Positions 1 through 10,421 of a DNA stretch of 64,000 bases are shown piece after piece. Position 1 is the stretch's first letter. The number at the start of each line of letters is the position of its first letter. This DNA comes from a virus, in the IMG/VR virus record IMGVR_UViG_3300002026_000015, positions 44,628 to 108,627 of that record; one strand, 5' to 3'. The translations under genes were made by a program, and so were the position numbers. Under the pieces are notes generated by a model, which worked only from the letters and a program-made list of their open reading frames with translations, was not told the DNA's origin and made no database searches.

Positions 1-41
1 TCAATAGTTTCAAGTCTGTCAACAAATGGTAAATTTTCCAT
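1..41 (-). CDS. 5' end of a gene running off the window (MENLPFVDRLETI...)
   Basis: Minus-strand GGAG RBS (48-51) and ATG at 41; frame open to the edge. Confidence 0.6.
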   Translation of the reverse strand, partial: MENLPFVDRLETI

Positions 42-106
42 TGTATTCTCCAATTATTAATATTACGATATATTGTACAATGATTTATCAAAATAGATTA
101 TAGATA

Positions 107-120
107 TATATTTAATTATG
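107..120 (+). promoter_or_regulatory. Putative early (virion RNAP) promoter TATATT-N6-TG
   Basis: TATATTTAATTATG; same motif recurs about 12 times upstream of non-structural genes. Confidence 0.6.
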
Positions 121-180
121 ACAGAGGTATTACAATGGTCGTAATACATCAATAATTTATTAAAAGAAAGAGGCTCAATT

Positions 181-660
181 ATGAGTACTTTGATCACCTA
201 TATTACTGCTGCAATCGCCGCTCTTCAGGAATCAAACGAAGGAATTACACCAGGAGTACAGATCAGTTCTACTGGTAAACGGATTACAATCGAAATCGAT
301 TTTACAACCCCAGAAGACACAATTAACTCTGAAAAGACGAATGCCGAAATCGCCGCTGCACAGGCGAAAGCAGTGATTGCAAGTATGCCTTTTCCTCCTA
401 ACCCAATGTCGATGATGATGGGTGGAATGGGAGGATTCGGTGGAGGTTTTGGAAATGGATTTGGAGGAAATCCTTTCACAAACCCAAACCCTTCTTACCC
501 TTCTTATGGAGAATTTCTAAAATCAATTGAAGCTTCAGATGCAGCTCGTAAAGCCGCTGAAAAGGCTCGTCAGGAATATGATGCAGAACAAGCTCGTAAA
601 GCTAAAGCTGCAGATGAGACTATTGCTCCTGAAGATGAAGCTTCTGCTCCAATGATGTAA
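181..660 (+). CDS. Hypothetical protein with Gly/Met/Pro/Phe-rich low-complexity segment
   Basis: GAGG RBS; MPFPPNPMSMMMGGMGGFGGGFGNGFGGNPF followed by Ala/Glu/Lys helix. Confidence 0.8.
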   Translation: MSTLITYITAAIAALQESNEGITPGVQISSTGKRITIEIDFTTPEDTINSEKTNAEIAAAQAKAVIASMPFPPNPMSMMMGGMGGFGGGFGNGFGGNPFTNPNPSYPSYGEFLKSIEASDAARKAAEKARQEYDAEQARKAKAADETIAPEDEASAPMM

Positions 661-665
661 TTCGG

Positions 666-697
666 AAGAGGTGTGATTATTCACGCCTCTTTTTTTT
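666..697 (+). terminator. Intrinsic terminator
   Basis: AAGAGGTGTGA-TTAT-TCACGCCTCTT plus T tract. Confidence 0.8.
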
Positions 698-716
698 CTA
701 AAATGAATCATAGATA

Positions 717-730
717 TATATTAAACCATG
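717..730 (+). promoter_or_regulatory. Putative early promoter
   Basis: TATATTAAACCATG; upstream context AAAAT..AT.ATAGATATATATT nearly identical to the site at 107. Confidence 0.6.
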
Positions 731-762
731 GACACACTATTAGAGTAAACAATGGAGAATAT

Positions 763-3531
763 ATGTCTTATTCATTTGAAATAGTAAGATTACGATTAGT
801 GAACTTTGCTCACTTCTCGGATCTCGGACTAGATGATTTTGAGATAGATAGGTATGGTAGTAAAAATAATATCATAACTATTATCGGAGCGAACGGTAGT
901 GGTAAATCACTTCTTATAACTTCTTGGAGTCCAAGACCAAACGAGAGTACAAACAATCGCAAGAAGACCCTTATAGTTCCAGGTAAAGAAGGTTTGAAAG
1001 AAGTTGATCTGCTAACCACGGATGAAGATGGAGATCACGGCCCTTACCTTTATAAGTGTAGAATAATCTATGGAGAAAAATCTACAAACTGTAGTATGAT
1101 TCGTGTTGATAGGGAATCAGGAGAAGAAGTTGAATTGAATCCTAGCGGTTTAGTATCGGCATATGAGGAGATTCTTGAAAGTACATTCGGTATAAGTAAA
1201 AATTATAAGAATGTAGGATACTTATCTCCTGAAATAACTTCTCTTATCTCTATGACTCCAAGCGTTCGGTATGAATATATATCGACATGGTTACCGGATA
1301 TCAGCCAATACATGGATGCATATAAAGCAGTGTTCAAGCGTATCAACAGCGTCAACAGACAAGTTAGAATGCTTGAAAATGATATTGGAGGAATTTCAAT
1401 TGAGAAAGTTACTTCCGATAAGAAAATGCTTGAAGTTCGTCTTAAAACTGTAAATGATCGTATTGAAGAGTTTAAAGAAGTTCGTATGAGAACTTCGATA
1501 ATTCTAGACGGTCTAGCGAATGTGACAGATGATTTCATTAGAAAGAATATTCAAACAATTTCTAAGAATCGTAAAACTCTCAATTCCCATTATGAAAGAT
1601 TAGTTGAGCTATCTTCCGCAAGTATGAAATATCTTACAGCAGATGGTCCACAGAAGTTAATAGATGATGTTAAAGATTGTGAAAATCGTATAACGATCGT
1701 TAATTCTGAATTAGGAAATGTTTCAAGAATGATAGAAGATCAACGTATGAGACTTAAAGAAGTCGAGTATACTCTTGGAATGCTGGATGATACTGGAGAT
1801 TCTCTTCCTGAAATCGGGATCATGATGGAAAGAATTGAGAAATCGATTCTTGAAGCTAATAAAGTTATTGAGAATTATATCAATTCTTACAACTTCTTAG
1901 AAGAACTATCTGACAATTTTACGATAAACGAATTCAATATCGTTTACAATACAATCGAAACTATCATTGATAAATGTAAACGTATTACAGATTTAGTTCC
2001 AATGGAGAAGATGGACAATCTTTCAGACTATTCAAATATCTCAGATAAAGAAACTAGTGTTGTAAATTCTAGATTGAGAGATATTGAAGATAGAGTTAGT
2101 AAGACTCTTGAAAGAATATCTCTGTTGAAGAATAGTCCTCTAGATCCTTCAATCCTAAATAAGATTCCTGAATGGTGCGAGAATCTTAAGTGTGGAGTTG
2201 TACTTGAAATAAAAAGATTGTTATCGCCTGATACAGAAGTTGAAAAACTTTCAGATGTACTTGATGATTTGTATAGAAGTAAGAGCGATATCGCTGCTGA
2301 ACTGGATCGTATGAGTGATGAGCATAACAATATTGCAATTGCTGTAAGTCATTCTAGTGATGTAGATCATGCGATTATGAGAGATAAAAATTTCATAGTA
2401 ATGCTTCCAAATCATATGAGAAATGTATTAAGTGAAGGGATTGTAACTATAATCTCGCATGTAAATACTTTAACTAGAGATATGGAATCAATTAGAGAAT
2501 TCATATCTTTAAGAGATCAGGTGAAGATCTATGTATCCGAACTGAAATCTCTTAAAGAAAAAGAATCTTCTCTTCGAGTTATACGAAATATGAATGGAGA
2601 CATTCTTAATCTAAATAACTCAATCGACTCATTACAGATTGAAAGAAGTAAGCTTTACACTGAAGGTGAGCAACTTCTTAAAGATCATTCTACTCTTAAG
2701 GAATTATCCGAATCAATTGGATCTATCCGAGATAGCGTAAATGAATACAATCTACAAGTTTCTAGTTTCAAAGAGACAAATGAGAAGATGAAGCTTATCT
2801 GTAAGGATTGGTATTATCGTGAAAAGATCTCAAAGTATATAAATCAGGTGGATATAAATCTTCGAAATCTGATTATAGAAAGAGACGATTGCTCTAGAGA
2901 AATTGAATCTTTAAATAATTCTATAGTTACAAAACAATCTCTTATAGATATCCGAGATAGATTGTTGAGTACAATAAAAGAATTGGATCTATTCCAAGAT
3001 GCATGGAATCCTAAAACAGGAATCCCATCATTGTTTATAAACAATTTCCTTACACGAGTTCATGTCAAATCTAATGAATATATGGAATCTCTAAACGGTA
3101 AAGATCTTAAAATTGAAAAATTTGAGATAGGTAAGACTGCAAGAGAGTTTCCTATAATCATTAGAAAGGATGATTCTATAATTCCTGATGCGAATCAGTG
3201 TAGTGCTGGAGAGAAAGCTTTGTTATCATTAGCAATCTCTATGGCAGTTATAAGTGTAGCTTCCGAAAATAAACCGTATAGAGTTTTACGTTTAGATGAG
3301 ATGGATGCAACTCTTGATCATAGACGTAGAAAGTTATACATTGAAATGATTCAAGATCGTTTAAAAGAAATTGAATCTAGACAATGTTTAATCATCACTC
3401 ATAGTGATGAGTTTGACGAAGTTGCAAGTGATATGATTATAATGCCAGGTGCATTTAAAAATCCTGAGTCGTTAGCTAATAAGAATGTTTTAGTTGACTT
3501 GTCTGAAATAAGTATTGACAGTTTATCTTAA
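763..3531 (+). CDS. sbcC: SbcC/Rad50-like SMC ATPase
   Basis: Walker A GANGSGKS, long coiled coil with central Cys pair, signature CSAGEK, Walker B/D-loop LDEMDATLD, H-loop IITH; start moved to ATG 763 (GGAG RBS). Confidence 0.92.
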   Translation: MSYSFEIVRLRLVNFAHFSDLGLDDFEIDRYGSKNNIITIIGANGSGKSLLITSWSPRPNESTNNRKKTLIVPGKEGLKEVDLLTTDEDGDHGPYLYKCRIIYGEKSTNCSMIRVDRESGEEVELNPSGLVSAYEEILESTFGISKNYKNVGYLSPEITSLISMTPSVRYEYISTWLPDISQYMDAYKAVFKRINSVNRQVRMLENDIGGISIEKVTSDKKMLEVRLKTVNDRIEEFKEVRMRTSIILDGLANVTDDFIRKNIQTISKNRKTLNSHYERLVELSSASMKYLTADGPQKLIDDVKDCENRITIVNSELGNVSRMIEDQRMRLKEVEYTLGMLDDTGDSLPEIGIMMERIEKSILEANKVIENYINSYNFLEELSDNFTINEFNIVYNTIETIIDKCKRITDLVPMEKMDNLSDYSNISDKETSVVNSRLRDIEDRVSKTLERISLLKNSPLDPSILNKIPEWCENLKCGVVLEIKRLLSPDTEVEKLSDVLDDLYRSKSDIAAELDRMSDEHNNIAIAVSHSSDVDHAIMRDKNFIVMLPNHMRNVLSEGIVTIISHVNTLTRDMESIREFISLRDQVKIYVSELKSLKEKESSLRVIRNMNGDILNLNNSIDSLQIERSKLYTEGEQLLKDHSTLKELSESIGSIRDSVNEYNLQVSSFKETNEKMKLICKDWYYREKISKYINQVDINLRNLIIERDDCSREIESLNNSIVTKQSLIDIRDRLLSTIKELDLFQDAWNPKTGIPSLFINNFLTRVHVKSNEYMESLNGKDLKIEKFEIGKTAREFPIIIRKDDSIIPDANQCSAGEKALLSLAISMAVISVASENKPYRVLRLDEMDATLDHRRRKLYIEMIQDRLKEIESRQCLIITHSDEFDEVASDMIIMPGAFKNPESLANKNVLVDLSEISIDSLS

Positions 3532-3546
3532 TATCGGAGGTTTAAG

Positions 3547-3885
3547 ATGATTAGAAAAATGGGAAACTTTGTGGAAATAATTCCACAGAATAACATGGGG
3601 ATTCTTAATGAATCCCTTTCAATTTGTTTGGAAAGTCGTAAGATTACATCTTTCCATTGTCGTGACCCAAGAAGTTTGAGTCATGATAAAATCATTAAAA
3701 GTTTAAAACGGGCTTATGGAAATATCCCGCAGTGTGTTGTACTTGAGATTACTCATGAACCAAGTGATACAAACAATAAGACAATGAAGACTATCACTCA
3801 GGAAGTTATATACTTCAATCTGTTTGATGCTAATGCTGACGTTGAAAGACTTAAACGCCATTTATACCAAGGAGAAGAGTTCTAA
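3547..3885 (+). CDS. Hypothetical protein
   Basis: GGAGG RBS, co-oriented operon. Confidence 0.75.
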   Translation: MIRKMGNFVEIIPQNNMGILNESLSICLESRKITSFHCRDPRSLSHDKIIKSLKRAYGNIPQCVVLEITHEPSDTNNKTMKTITQEVIYFNLFDANADVERLKRHLYQGEEF

Positions 3886-4136
3886 TGCTGAAGATGAAGT
3901 ATATAATGTATGAAAAATCTGAATATTATATATTCCCAGAACTTATAAACCACTCTGATGCAGCTAAAGGCAAATGTAGTGGTAAACCAATCTCTGCAGG
4001 ATTTATTGATTTCAGAACTGAAGGTCGTCAAGTTATTGCGAATTGCTATGGCAACTCTACAACTCTTGACTTGAAGTCCAGAGGCATGCAAGATTCTATA
4101 ATAATTACTCAAAATTTAAATGGGAAAATCGGATGA
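3885..4136 (+). CDS. Small phage hypothetical protein
   Basis: TAATG coupling; SAGF...CYGxSxTLxLxS pattern resembling small myovirus proteins. Confidence 0.75.
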   Translation: MLKMKYIMYEKSEYYIFPELINHSDAAKGKCSGKPISAGFIDFRTEGRQVIANCYGNSTTLDLKSRGMQDSIIITQNLNGKIG

Positions 4137-4711
4137 ATACTCAACACGTAATAGACTCATTTGGTAAAACACATCACGAACAGATTCCAATTTCGTTTAA
4201 TGTTGACAAGGGTGTTTATCATATAATCAAGTATATGAAGAAAGAATACCCTTTATTCTTAATTCCAATGGCATCGTGTGAAGGTGATCCAATAAGTGAA
4301 GATGGTTCTTGCGGATCTCTACCATATATCATGATGATTGTGAGAGATCTGAATAAGTTTGATGAATTTGTTAAAGAAATCTTTGGAAATGATTTCTTCC
4401 AAAAACATGTGACTATTGAGTACGATTGCAGCGATATTACCCGAATATTTACAATTCGGTGGAAGACTCCTGAAACTGAAGGGTTTAATAGAAGAGCTGC
4501 AGAATTACTTGACGATGTTGATTTGGAAACTGGGAACCTTATAACCCCTCGTGTTCCAGTTCAAACTAATCCATTAGTCGTATTGTCGATGGGATTTGAT
4601 GATCAAGAAATAAAAGTTCCAAATAAAGACGATTTCACTGTTCAGGAAATTGTTTCGGGATTAAGTAGTGAACAGATTCGGGAAAAGTATAGTTCTATAC
4701 GCATGAGTTAA
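4133..4711 (+). CDS. Hypothetical protein (VD...SCEG motif)
   Basis: ATGA overlap with upstream gene; ends before terminator. Confidence 0.75.
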   Translation: MNTQHVIDSFGKTHHEQIPISFNVDKGVYHIIKYMKKEYPLFLIPMASCEGDPISEDGSCGSLPYIMMIVRDLNKFDEFVKEIFGNDFFQKHVTIEYDCSDITRIFTIRWKTPETEGFNRRAAELLDDVDLETGNLITPRVPVQTNPLVVLSMGFDDQEIKVPNKDDFTVQEIVSGLSSEQIREKYSSIRMS

Positions 4712-4720
4712 ATAATAGTG

Positions 4721-4752
4721 TAAGTAGGGAGAAATCCCTACTTATATATTTT
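4721..4752 (+). terminator. Intrinsic terminator, GAAA tetraloop
   Basis: TAAGTAGGGA-GAAA-TCCCTACTTA. Confidence 0.8.
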
Positions 4753-4790
4753 CTGTAATAACTCGCTTTTTATATCTATATTAAGTGACG
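4751..4790 (+). promoter_or_regulatory. Extended early-promoter block, repeated at 36931
   Basis: 34/40 nt identical to 36931-36970; contains TATATT-N6-CG. Confidence 0.65.
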
Positions 4791-4870
4791 ATAAAGGATA
4801 TAGATAAGAGTATTTATAATCCTAATTTAAATTTTTCTATGGTTCAAAGTAACCAGGAACAGGATCTACT

Positions 4871-5257
4871 ATGAGTATCAAGAACAAAATCGCGAACGGA
4901 ATCATGAACTCAATCCTCGCTTCATTCAAGTTGGATATCGATGCCGATAGTGTTGAAGGACTTGAAATGGAGTCGATGACCATAACCGGGATTAAAGTTT
5001 CCCGTACTTCGGATTTTAATATGCGATCCGGAGCCGAAACCAATGCAGATTACTCAAAGGGACGCAAGTCCACAGAGGATGTGAGCGGAAACGGTAAACT
5101 TAACGGAGGTGTGAAAATCACCTTCGGGGAATTGAATGTGAAGGGTCTATCGTTCGAAACCGCAGTTACAGGGAACTGCAATGCTTCTTTCAATGAAAAG
5201 ACGGATCGTGAAGATCCGAAGCCAGAAGTTACCGACAATGAAGAAGATCTTAAATAG
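4871..5257 (+). CDS. Hypothetical beta-strand-rich protein
   Basis: Single-gene unit between promoter block and terminator. Confidence 0.75.
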   Translation: MSIKNKIANGIMNSILASFKLDIDADSVEGLEMESMTITGIKVSRTSDFNMRSGAETNADYSKGRKSTEDVSGNGKLNGGVKITFGELNVKGLSFETAVTGNCNASFNEKTDREDPKPEVTDNEEDLK

Positions 5258-5270
5258 ATTTTCATCAGCG

Positions 5271-5309
5271 AAAAAAGAAAGAGGGTATTAACCCTCTCTC
5301 TTTTTTTTT
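5271..5309. terminator. Bidirectional terminator
   Basis: A tract-GAGGGT-ATTA-ACCCTC-T tract between convergent genes. Confidence 0.75.
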
Positions 5310-5980
5310 CAAACTTTGTACTCTACGTTCTCATAGCATTTCTCATACACATCAAAATCTACAGGATCATGATGCATATTTCTACAAAACGAAGTATGCA
5401 TTCTAACAAACGGTTGCGCATATTGCGATCCCGAATTTCCATACATATTAGATTTTATAGAATTCTCCTGAGCCTTTTGATTTGACATGTATCGCTCTAT
5501 AGCATCATCGAATTCAGAATTTGAATAACTTTTCTCAGATTCTTGTTCATCGACAATACCAAGTAACACGTTGTCAATAAAAGGATTTTCAATATCAAAA
5601 TCTTTATCAACTCTACCAACCATAGATCTGTATTTTGATTCTACACGATCATAAGCTGTAAACGCTGGTTTACAACTCGTAGTATTTTCCTTACTAGGAC
5701 AGAAGTATTCATTGAAGAAGACAATACTATTCCTTAACCTTACCAAATCAGAATCGGAAACAATTACGTTAATATCTCTATTAAGAATATTTATAACCGC
5801 TCTAACAGATGCAATACCTCTAAATGGAGCATGAGCATCTATTTCGTAGATATATCCTCGATGATCAATGTCCACGTTTAACACGGTATTGATATCATAA
5901 AATCTATCATCTAATTCGTCGATGTCGGGAAGTCTTGTAGATAGAAAATCCTTATAAGGATTAGGATTCATAGAAGCCAT
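5309..5980 (-). CDS. Hypothetical protein
   Basis: Last gene of minus-strand operon. Confidence 0.8.
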   Translation of the reverse strand: MASMNPNPYKDFLSTRLPDIDELDDRFYDINTVLNVDIDHRGYIYEIDAHAPFRGIASVRAVINILNRDINVIVSDSDLVRLRNSIVFFNEYFCPSKENTTSCKPAFTAYDRVESKYRSMVGRVDKDFDIENPFIDNVLLGIVDEQESEKSYSNSEFDDAIERYMSNQKAQENSIKSNMYGNSGSQYAQPFVRMHTSFCRNMHHDPVDFDVYEKCYENVEYKV

Positions 5981-5988
5981 AACAAACC

Positions 5989-6597
5989 TTATTTAGAAGT
6001 TACAACAAGTTTCTTTGTTTCAGAAGAAATTCCTGCAAGCTTTACGATACGTTCTTTGATGAACGCCTGTTCAACTGCAACGTATTTGTAAGGAAGATCG
6101 TTTTCTGTAACGATTTTGATAATGTCTGAAACAAGTTTCAAGCCAAAGTATTCGCGAAGATTACCGTTCCATACGCTTACAAAGATTGAAGAGTTAAGGA
6201 AGGTTTTGTCATCTTCAGAAAGTTCTTCAGATTCTTCTTCAGCATCTTCGCCAGTTTCTTCACCGGTTTCATCCGAATCAGTTTCTTCAGTAATTGCGGG
6301 AGCCGCATCAGTAGATGTAGTTTCAGCAGTAGTTTCACCTTCAGTAGAACCAGTTTCTTCAGTGATTGTAGGAGCCGCATCAGTAGCTGTGGTTTCAACT
6401 GTTGCTGAAACGCCTTCACCGCCGAGAATTGGAGTTGGAGCAGCATCTTCGCCAGTTGTAGAAGTTTCCGCTTCAAGAGCCTGACCTTCGGTTCCTTCGA
6501 TTGTTGCAGTTTCAACTACAGGAGCATCAGTACCTTCAACGGTAACAGTTGCAGGGATTGCAGTTCCAGTGTTTCCAGGTCTTCTTTTTGTAGACAT
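5989..6597 (-). CDS. Acidic Thr/Glu/Ala-rich protein with internal repeat
   Basis: ETT(A/S)TDAAP(T/A)ITEET duplicated; GAGG RBS. Confidence 0.8.
   Translation of the reverse strand: MSTKRRPGNTGTAIPATVTVEGTDAPVVETATIEGTEGQALEAETSTTGEDAAPTPILGGEGVSATVETTATDAAPTITEETGSTEGETTAETTSTDAAPAITEETDSDETGEETGEDAEEESEELSEDDKTFLNSSIFVSVWNGNLREYFGLKLVSDIIKIVTENDLPYKYVAVEQAFIKERIVKLAGISSETKKLVVTSK
6281..6396. repeat. Intragenic direct repeat, 72-nt period
   Basis: gtttcttcagt.attg..ggagccgcatcagtag.tgt.gtttc at 6281 and 6353. Confidence 0.8.
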
Positions 6598-6623
6598 AAT
6601 AGCCTCTTTCTGTTTTATCGGGG

Positions 6624-6980
6624 TTAACCAATAAGGTTTTTAATTAATTGAGCAAAATCAGAACTTTCTTCAGTATTTTCAAACTCAGAAAGAACTTTAT
6701 CCAAATCTTTAAGACTTTCTTCAGATAGCTTAATGACAGACTTATCTTCGATAGAATGAGTTTCATCATCCTCAGATGGTCCAAACATTTCAGCTATAGT
6801 ATTGTCCAAGCTATTATCAGATGTAATTGTTGAAACATTATTATCGCTTGAACTTCCAACGGTAGTTATACCTCCACCGAAAGGTCCTCCTGCCATAGCA
6901 GCCGGAGATGTCGATATATCCAATCCTTCCATAACTTGATCAAAGTTACTAGGATCAAGATCTTCAATACTAACTCGCAT
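6624..6980 (-). CDS. Acidic hypothetical protein
   Basis: In operon; S/D/E-rich. Confidence 0.75.
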   Translation of the reverse strand: MRVSIEDLDPSNFDQVMEGLDISTSPAAMAGGPFGGGITTVGSSSDNNVSTITSDNSLDNTIAEMFGPSEDDETHSIEDKSVIKLSEESLKDLDKVLSEFENTEESSDFAQLIKNLIG

Positions 6981-6983
6981 ATC

Positions 6984-8378
6984 TTACCCCTTATCGTACT
7001 TAATTAAAGATAACTCTCTCGTCGCATACTTAAGAGCAAAAATAACCAGAGGATATGTATAGAATGTCAAATATGAATAATCATAATCGTCTGTAAACAT
7101 GAAATTATCAAGTCTACTTTCAATAACGATTCTCATAATTTTAACAATTATATTCAATCTTCTAGTTTGATCGGGTTCGTTTAGATACGTAGATATTATA
7201 TCTATAAACGCATCATTCACATTTGTATAAGTAGGATTTGCCGCATACATGACATCACTACTATAAGTTGTGAGTTTTTGAACAAAGTTTTCAGGGAATA
7301 AACTGAACGTACTACAGTTATTCTGACATTCAATATCATGCTCTATAACAAATCTTCCATGAAGGAGATTTGAAGTATCTCGACGATTTGAAGTCATATA
7401 AGCCATTCTCTGAAATCTGAACAAGAATCTTCTAATATCTCTACGTTCCATTGCTGAAAATATAGATTTATTATAATGAACCTTATTTGATTTAAGATGC
7501 TCAGTCAGAACGTGGAGGTATTCACTAGCAGAAAATAATTCATTTCTAACTATGAAACTGACAAGATCAATATCGTAGATTGACCGACCTTCAGTATAAA
7601 CACTTCCGATCATGTTTGTATAACTCTCTGAAACACACGCCATTAATTTAGAATGAACGTCTTCTTTCAAAGCTTTAACATCGCACATGATAGTGTTTAG
7701 AGTTCTATGATAGAACTCTAAAGTATACGTTTTGATCAAATCATACATTACAGTTCTAGAACTCTGAATGAAACGATATTCATCATCTCTAAGAATAGTT
7801 CTAAACTCTGTGCCTACATGATTGTATACAAACGAATAGTCTTCCTTAACATATTGATTAAGCTCACAATTCTCAGGAATTATGTCTTGTCTCCACATGT
7901 TAAACCGGATCTCATAACCTGAATCTTTTTCAATAAGAGTTGGATTAGATTCAGTAATCTGAAATACATGGAAAACTTTAAATACTTCCATGATAAAATA
8001 ATCCCCAATATTCGGGATTAAAGTATTAGGAAGAAGTTTAGCAGTTCCCTCGTAAGTAAGATCAGTGAACGCATCTTTATCGACACTTGAATCAAGCGGC
8101 TCCGTTAACAGAACTAAATCTTTAATTCTTCTAAATCTAGTAGAATTTTGATCAAATTGATTCAATGGAGATGTGTTTACAAGGTTGCCTTGTCGATTAC
8201 TAATCATCTGCTCATAGTATACAACCTCAGTTCGTATACCATGAAGCTTCGATAGATTGGTAATCTTAACATCTCTTTTTTCAATAAGCGCTTCATCGAG
8301 CAATCTTTGCTCAACATCCATATTTCTCTTAGGCAGATCTACAGGATTTTGAAAATCCTTTTTAGTTAAAATAGCCAT
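6984..8378 (-). CDS. Probable virion structural protein of phiKZ/AR9-like phages
   Basis: LPNTLIPNIGDYF-type motif; first gene after a late promoter. Confidence 0.55.
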   Translation of the reverse strand: MAILTKKDFQNPVDLPKRNMDVEQRLLDEALIEKRDVKITNLSKLHGIRTEVVYYEQMISNRQGNLVNTSPLNQFDQNSTRFRRIKDLVLLTEPLDSSVDKDAFTDLTYEGTAKLLPNTLIPNIGDYFIMEVFKVFHVFQITESNPTLIEKDSGYEIRFNMWRQDIIPENCELNQYVKEDYSFVYNHVGTEFRTILRDDEYRFIQSSRTVMYDLIKTYTLEFYHRTLNTIMCDVKALKEDVHSKLMACVSESYTNMIGSVYTEGRSIYDIDLVSFIVRNELFSASEYLHVLTEHLKSNKVHYNKSIFSAMERRDIRRFLFRFQRMAYMTSNRRDTSNLLHGRFVIEHDIECQNNCSTFSLFPENFVQKLTTYSSDVMYAANPTYTNVNDAFIDIISTYLNEPDQTRRLNIIVKIMRIVIESRLDNFMFTDDYDYSYLTFYTYPLVIFALKYATRELSLIKYDKG

Positions 8379-8401
8379 TTCAACCACCTAATTTAGTTTT
8401 A

Positions 8402-8413
8402 CATTAGTATGTT
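8402..8413 (-). promoter_or_regulatory. Putative late promoter AACA-N6-TG
   Basis: Minus strand AACATACTAATG, identical to the site at 41960-41971. Confidence 0.7.
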
Positions 8414-8458
8414 TTAGCCGAACATATGTTTTAGTATTTTAAAAACAACTTCTAAATG

Positions 8459-8472
8459 TATATACTATAGTG
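8459..8472 (+). promoter_or_regulatory. Putative early promoter
   Basis: TATATACTATAGTG upstream of ligase. Confidence 0.5.
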
Positions 8473-8506
8473 GGAACTAGGACCGAGTTTAATATTGGAG
8501 GTTTAT

Positions 8507-10420
8507 ATGATACAAAATCAGGAAGAGTTGTATACAATGCTCATGGAGGCTAAGGATGCCTACTATGAAGGAAAACCGTTTATGTCGGATATAGATTTTG
8601 ATGCAATGGAAAATACTCTTAGAAGTATGAATCCTACACATATTTACTTCACTAAAGTTGGAAGTGAGGCAAGTACCGTAAGTGATACCGTTGTGCACGG
8701 AATTCCAATGTTATCTATGAGTAAGTTGAAATTTGGAGATGATATTGAATCATGGTTTATATCAAACAATATCCCTTCCGATGCAGATATATTATCTGAA
8801 CCTAAAATCGATGGTATCGCAGGATCTATAGTATACTCTGGGAGTGGTAAACTTATTTACGGCTCAACTCGTGGCGACGGGAAAAATGGAAAACTTATAA
8901 ATTTCATAGGCAAAAAAGAAATTGTTAATGTGCCAATGCAATTAGATTTCCGAGGAGATGGCGAATGGTGCAAGAAATTTGAAGTCAGAGGCGAATTCTA
9001 TATACCAGTTAAATACGGTGAAACCATTTTCAAAGATATGCCTTTGAGAAACGTTGCCGCAGGGATAATAAAATCCGGCGAAAACACTGAGTATCTAAAA
9101 TTCATGCCATATCAAGCTATAGTTGATGACAAACCATTTATGGATGGTGAAAATTATGGCGAAGAGATATTTGATTTTGATATGTTGGAAAGACTGTTGG
9201 AATTTGAAGTCGTGGATCATCTACTCATTGGTAAAGATGATATCGAAGATGTGATGCGAAATTATATCGAAAAAGGTAGAGATTTATTCGAGTATGAAAC
9301 CGATGGGATGGTTTTTATTGTAAATGATAAGAAACTTCAAGAAAAGATTGATTCTAGAAAGAAAGTTTCAGCTTATCACCATTACAATATCGCAATTAAA
9401 CCGCCAGCGAGAACTGCGGAAACGAAATTGAATACTATTGAAATCAGTATTGGAAAGTCTGGAAGAATTATTCCTACAGGAATTGTATATCCTGTCGTAA
9501 TTGCAAATATCGAAATCTCAAGAGCAACGTTGAACAATGTCGCTCATATGGAAGAATTTGGCGATGTATTTTACAAAAATGCATCAGTTGTAATTAAACG
9601 TGCAAATGATGTAATTCCAAAAATTGTAGAAATTTCAGATGATGGGGATAGGACTCAGCCTATACTAATTCCAACGGAGTGTCCATCTTGTGGAACTAAA
9701 CTTATAAGAGAAGGTAGAAATTTATTCTGCACAAATAAATTAAGTTGTCCTGGAATTGCAATAGCTAGAATTTGCCATTGGATTGAAACTATGGATATCA
9801 AAGATGTTGGTTTCAAAGCAATTGAAGCGGCGTACAATCTTGGAATTATCCGAAGCATCGTAGATCTCTATAGACCAGGACTTGAAGAAAAATTGTATCT
9901 TATCGATGGATTTGCTGATGGTAAAGTCGGAATCTTTATGAATGCAATTAATCTGTCAAAGGTTAATGTTTCAGATGTCGATATCATAAAAGGTATTGGT
10001 CTTACTGGGATCGGACGTCGTGTTCTTGAGAATTACAATCTAACTTCAATTGATACTCTCAAAGATGATCTTCAGCATCAGCAGAAGTATTCAGTTTGTA
10101 GAGTTCTATTGGAATGGTTGAATGAGGGTGATAACTATAATCTACTTAAAGAACTTAAAGTGATTATGGGATCTAAATCATCTAGCGTAAATAAGAATGG
10201 TAAGATTGTTGTAATGACTGGTACATTTGATATAGGTCGCAAAGATCTAATTAAAGAACTAGAATCTCGCGGATACACCGTTTCAGACAGTGTAACCAAA
10301 AGTACAACAATATTACTTGCAGGTGTTGACGGTGAATCAAATACGAAGTTTAAGAAAGCTTTGGAATTTGGTATAAGAATTGAAACAAATTTAGAAAACT
10401 TCTTAAAAGGAGATCATTAA
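8507..10420 (+). CDS. ligA: NAD-dependent DNA ligase
   Basis: PMLSM, EPKIDG (KxDG), TRGDG, EVRGE, TDG, RATLNN, RANDVIP, C4 zinc finger CPSC..C..C, C-terminal BRCT. Confidence 0.96.
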   Translation: MIQNQEELYTMLMEAKDAYYEGKPFMSDIDFDAMENTLRSMNPTHIYFTKVGSEASTVSDTVVHGIPMLSMSKLKFGDDIESWFISNNIPSDADILSEPKIDGIAGSIVYSGSGKLIYGSTRGDGKNGKLINFIGKKEIVNVPMQLDFRGDGEWCKKFEVRGEFYIPVKYGETIFKDMPLRNVAAGIIKSGENTEYLKFMPYQAIVDDKPFMDGENYGEEIFDFDMLERLLEFEVVDHLLIGKDDIEDVMRNYIEKGRDLFEYETDGMVFIVNDKKLQEKIDSRKKVSAYHHYNIAIKPPARTAETKLNTIEISIGKSGRIIPTGIVYPVVIANIEISRATLNNVAHMEEFGDVFYKNASVVIKRANDVIPKIVEISDDGDRTQPILIPTECPSCGTKLIREGRNLFCTNKLSCPGIAIARICHWIETMDIKDVGFKAIEAAYNLGIIRSIVDLYRPGLEEKLYLIDGFADGKVGIFMNAINLSKVNVSDVDIIKGIGLTGIGRRVLENYNLTSIDTLKDDLQHQQKYSVCRVLLEWLNEGDNYNLLKELKVIMGSKSSSVNKNGKIVVMTGTFDIGRKDLIKELESRGYTVSDSVTKSTTILLAGVDGESNTKFKKALEFGIRIETNLENFLKGDH

Positions 10421-10421
10421 A

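Noticed and set aside
673-762. ORF-track N-terminal extensions (also 15787-15822, 21137-21178, 22886-22954, 31929-31973, 63778-63846)
   Set aside because: They overlap terminators or promoter motifs; RBS-supported starts lie downstream.
6116-6515. Alternative-frame and antisense ORFs here and across the window (e.g. 12116..12769, 30258..31043, 44479..45012)
   Set aside because: Shadows of real genes caused by codon bias; no RBS, promoter or protein-like composition.
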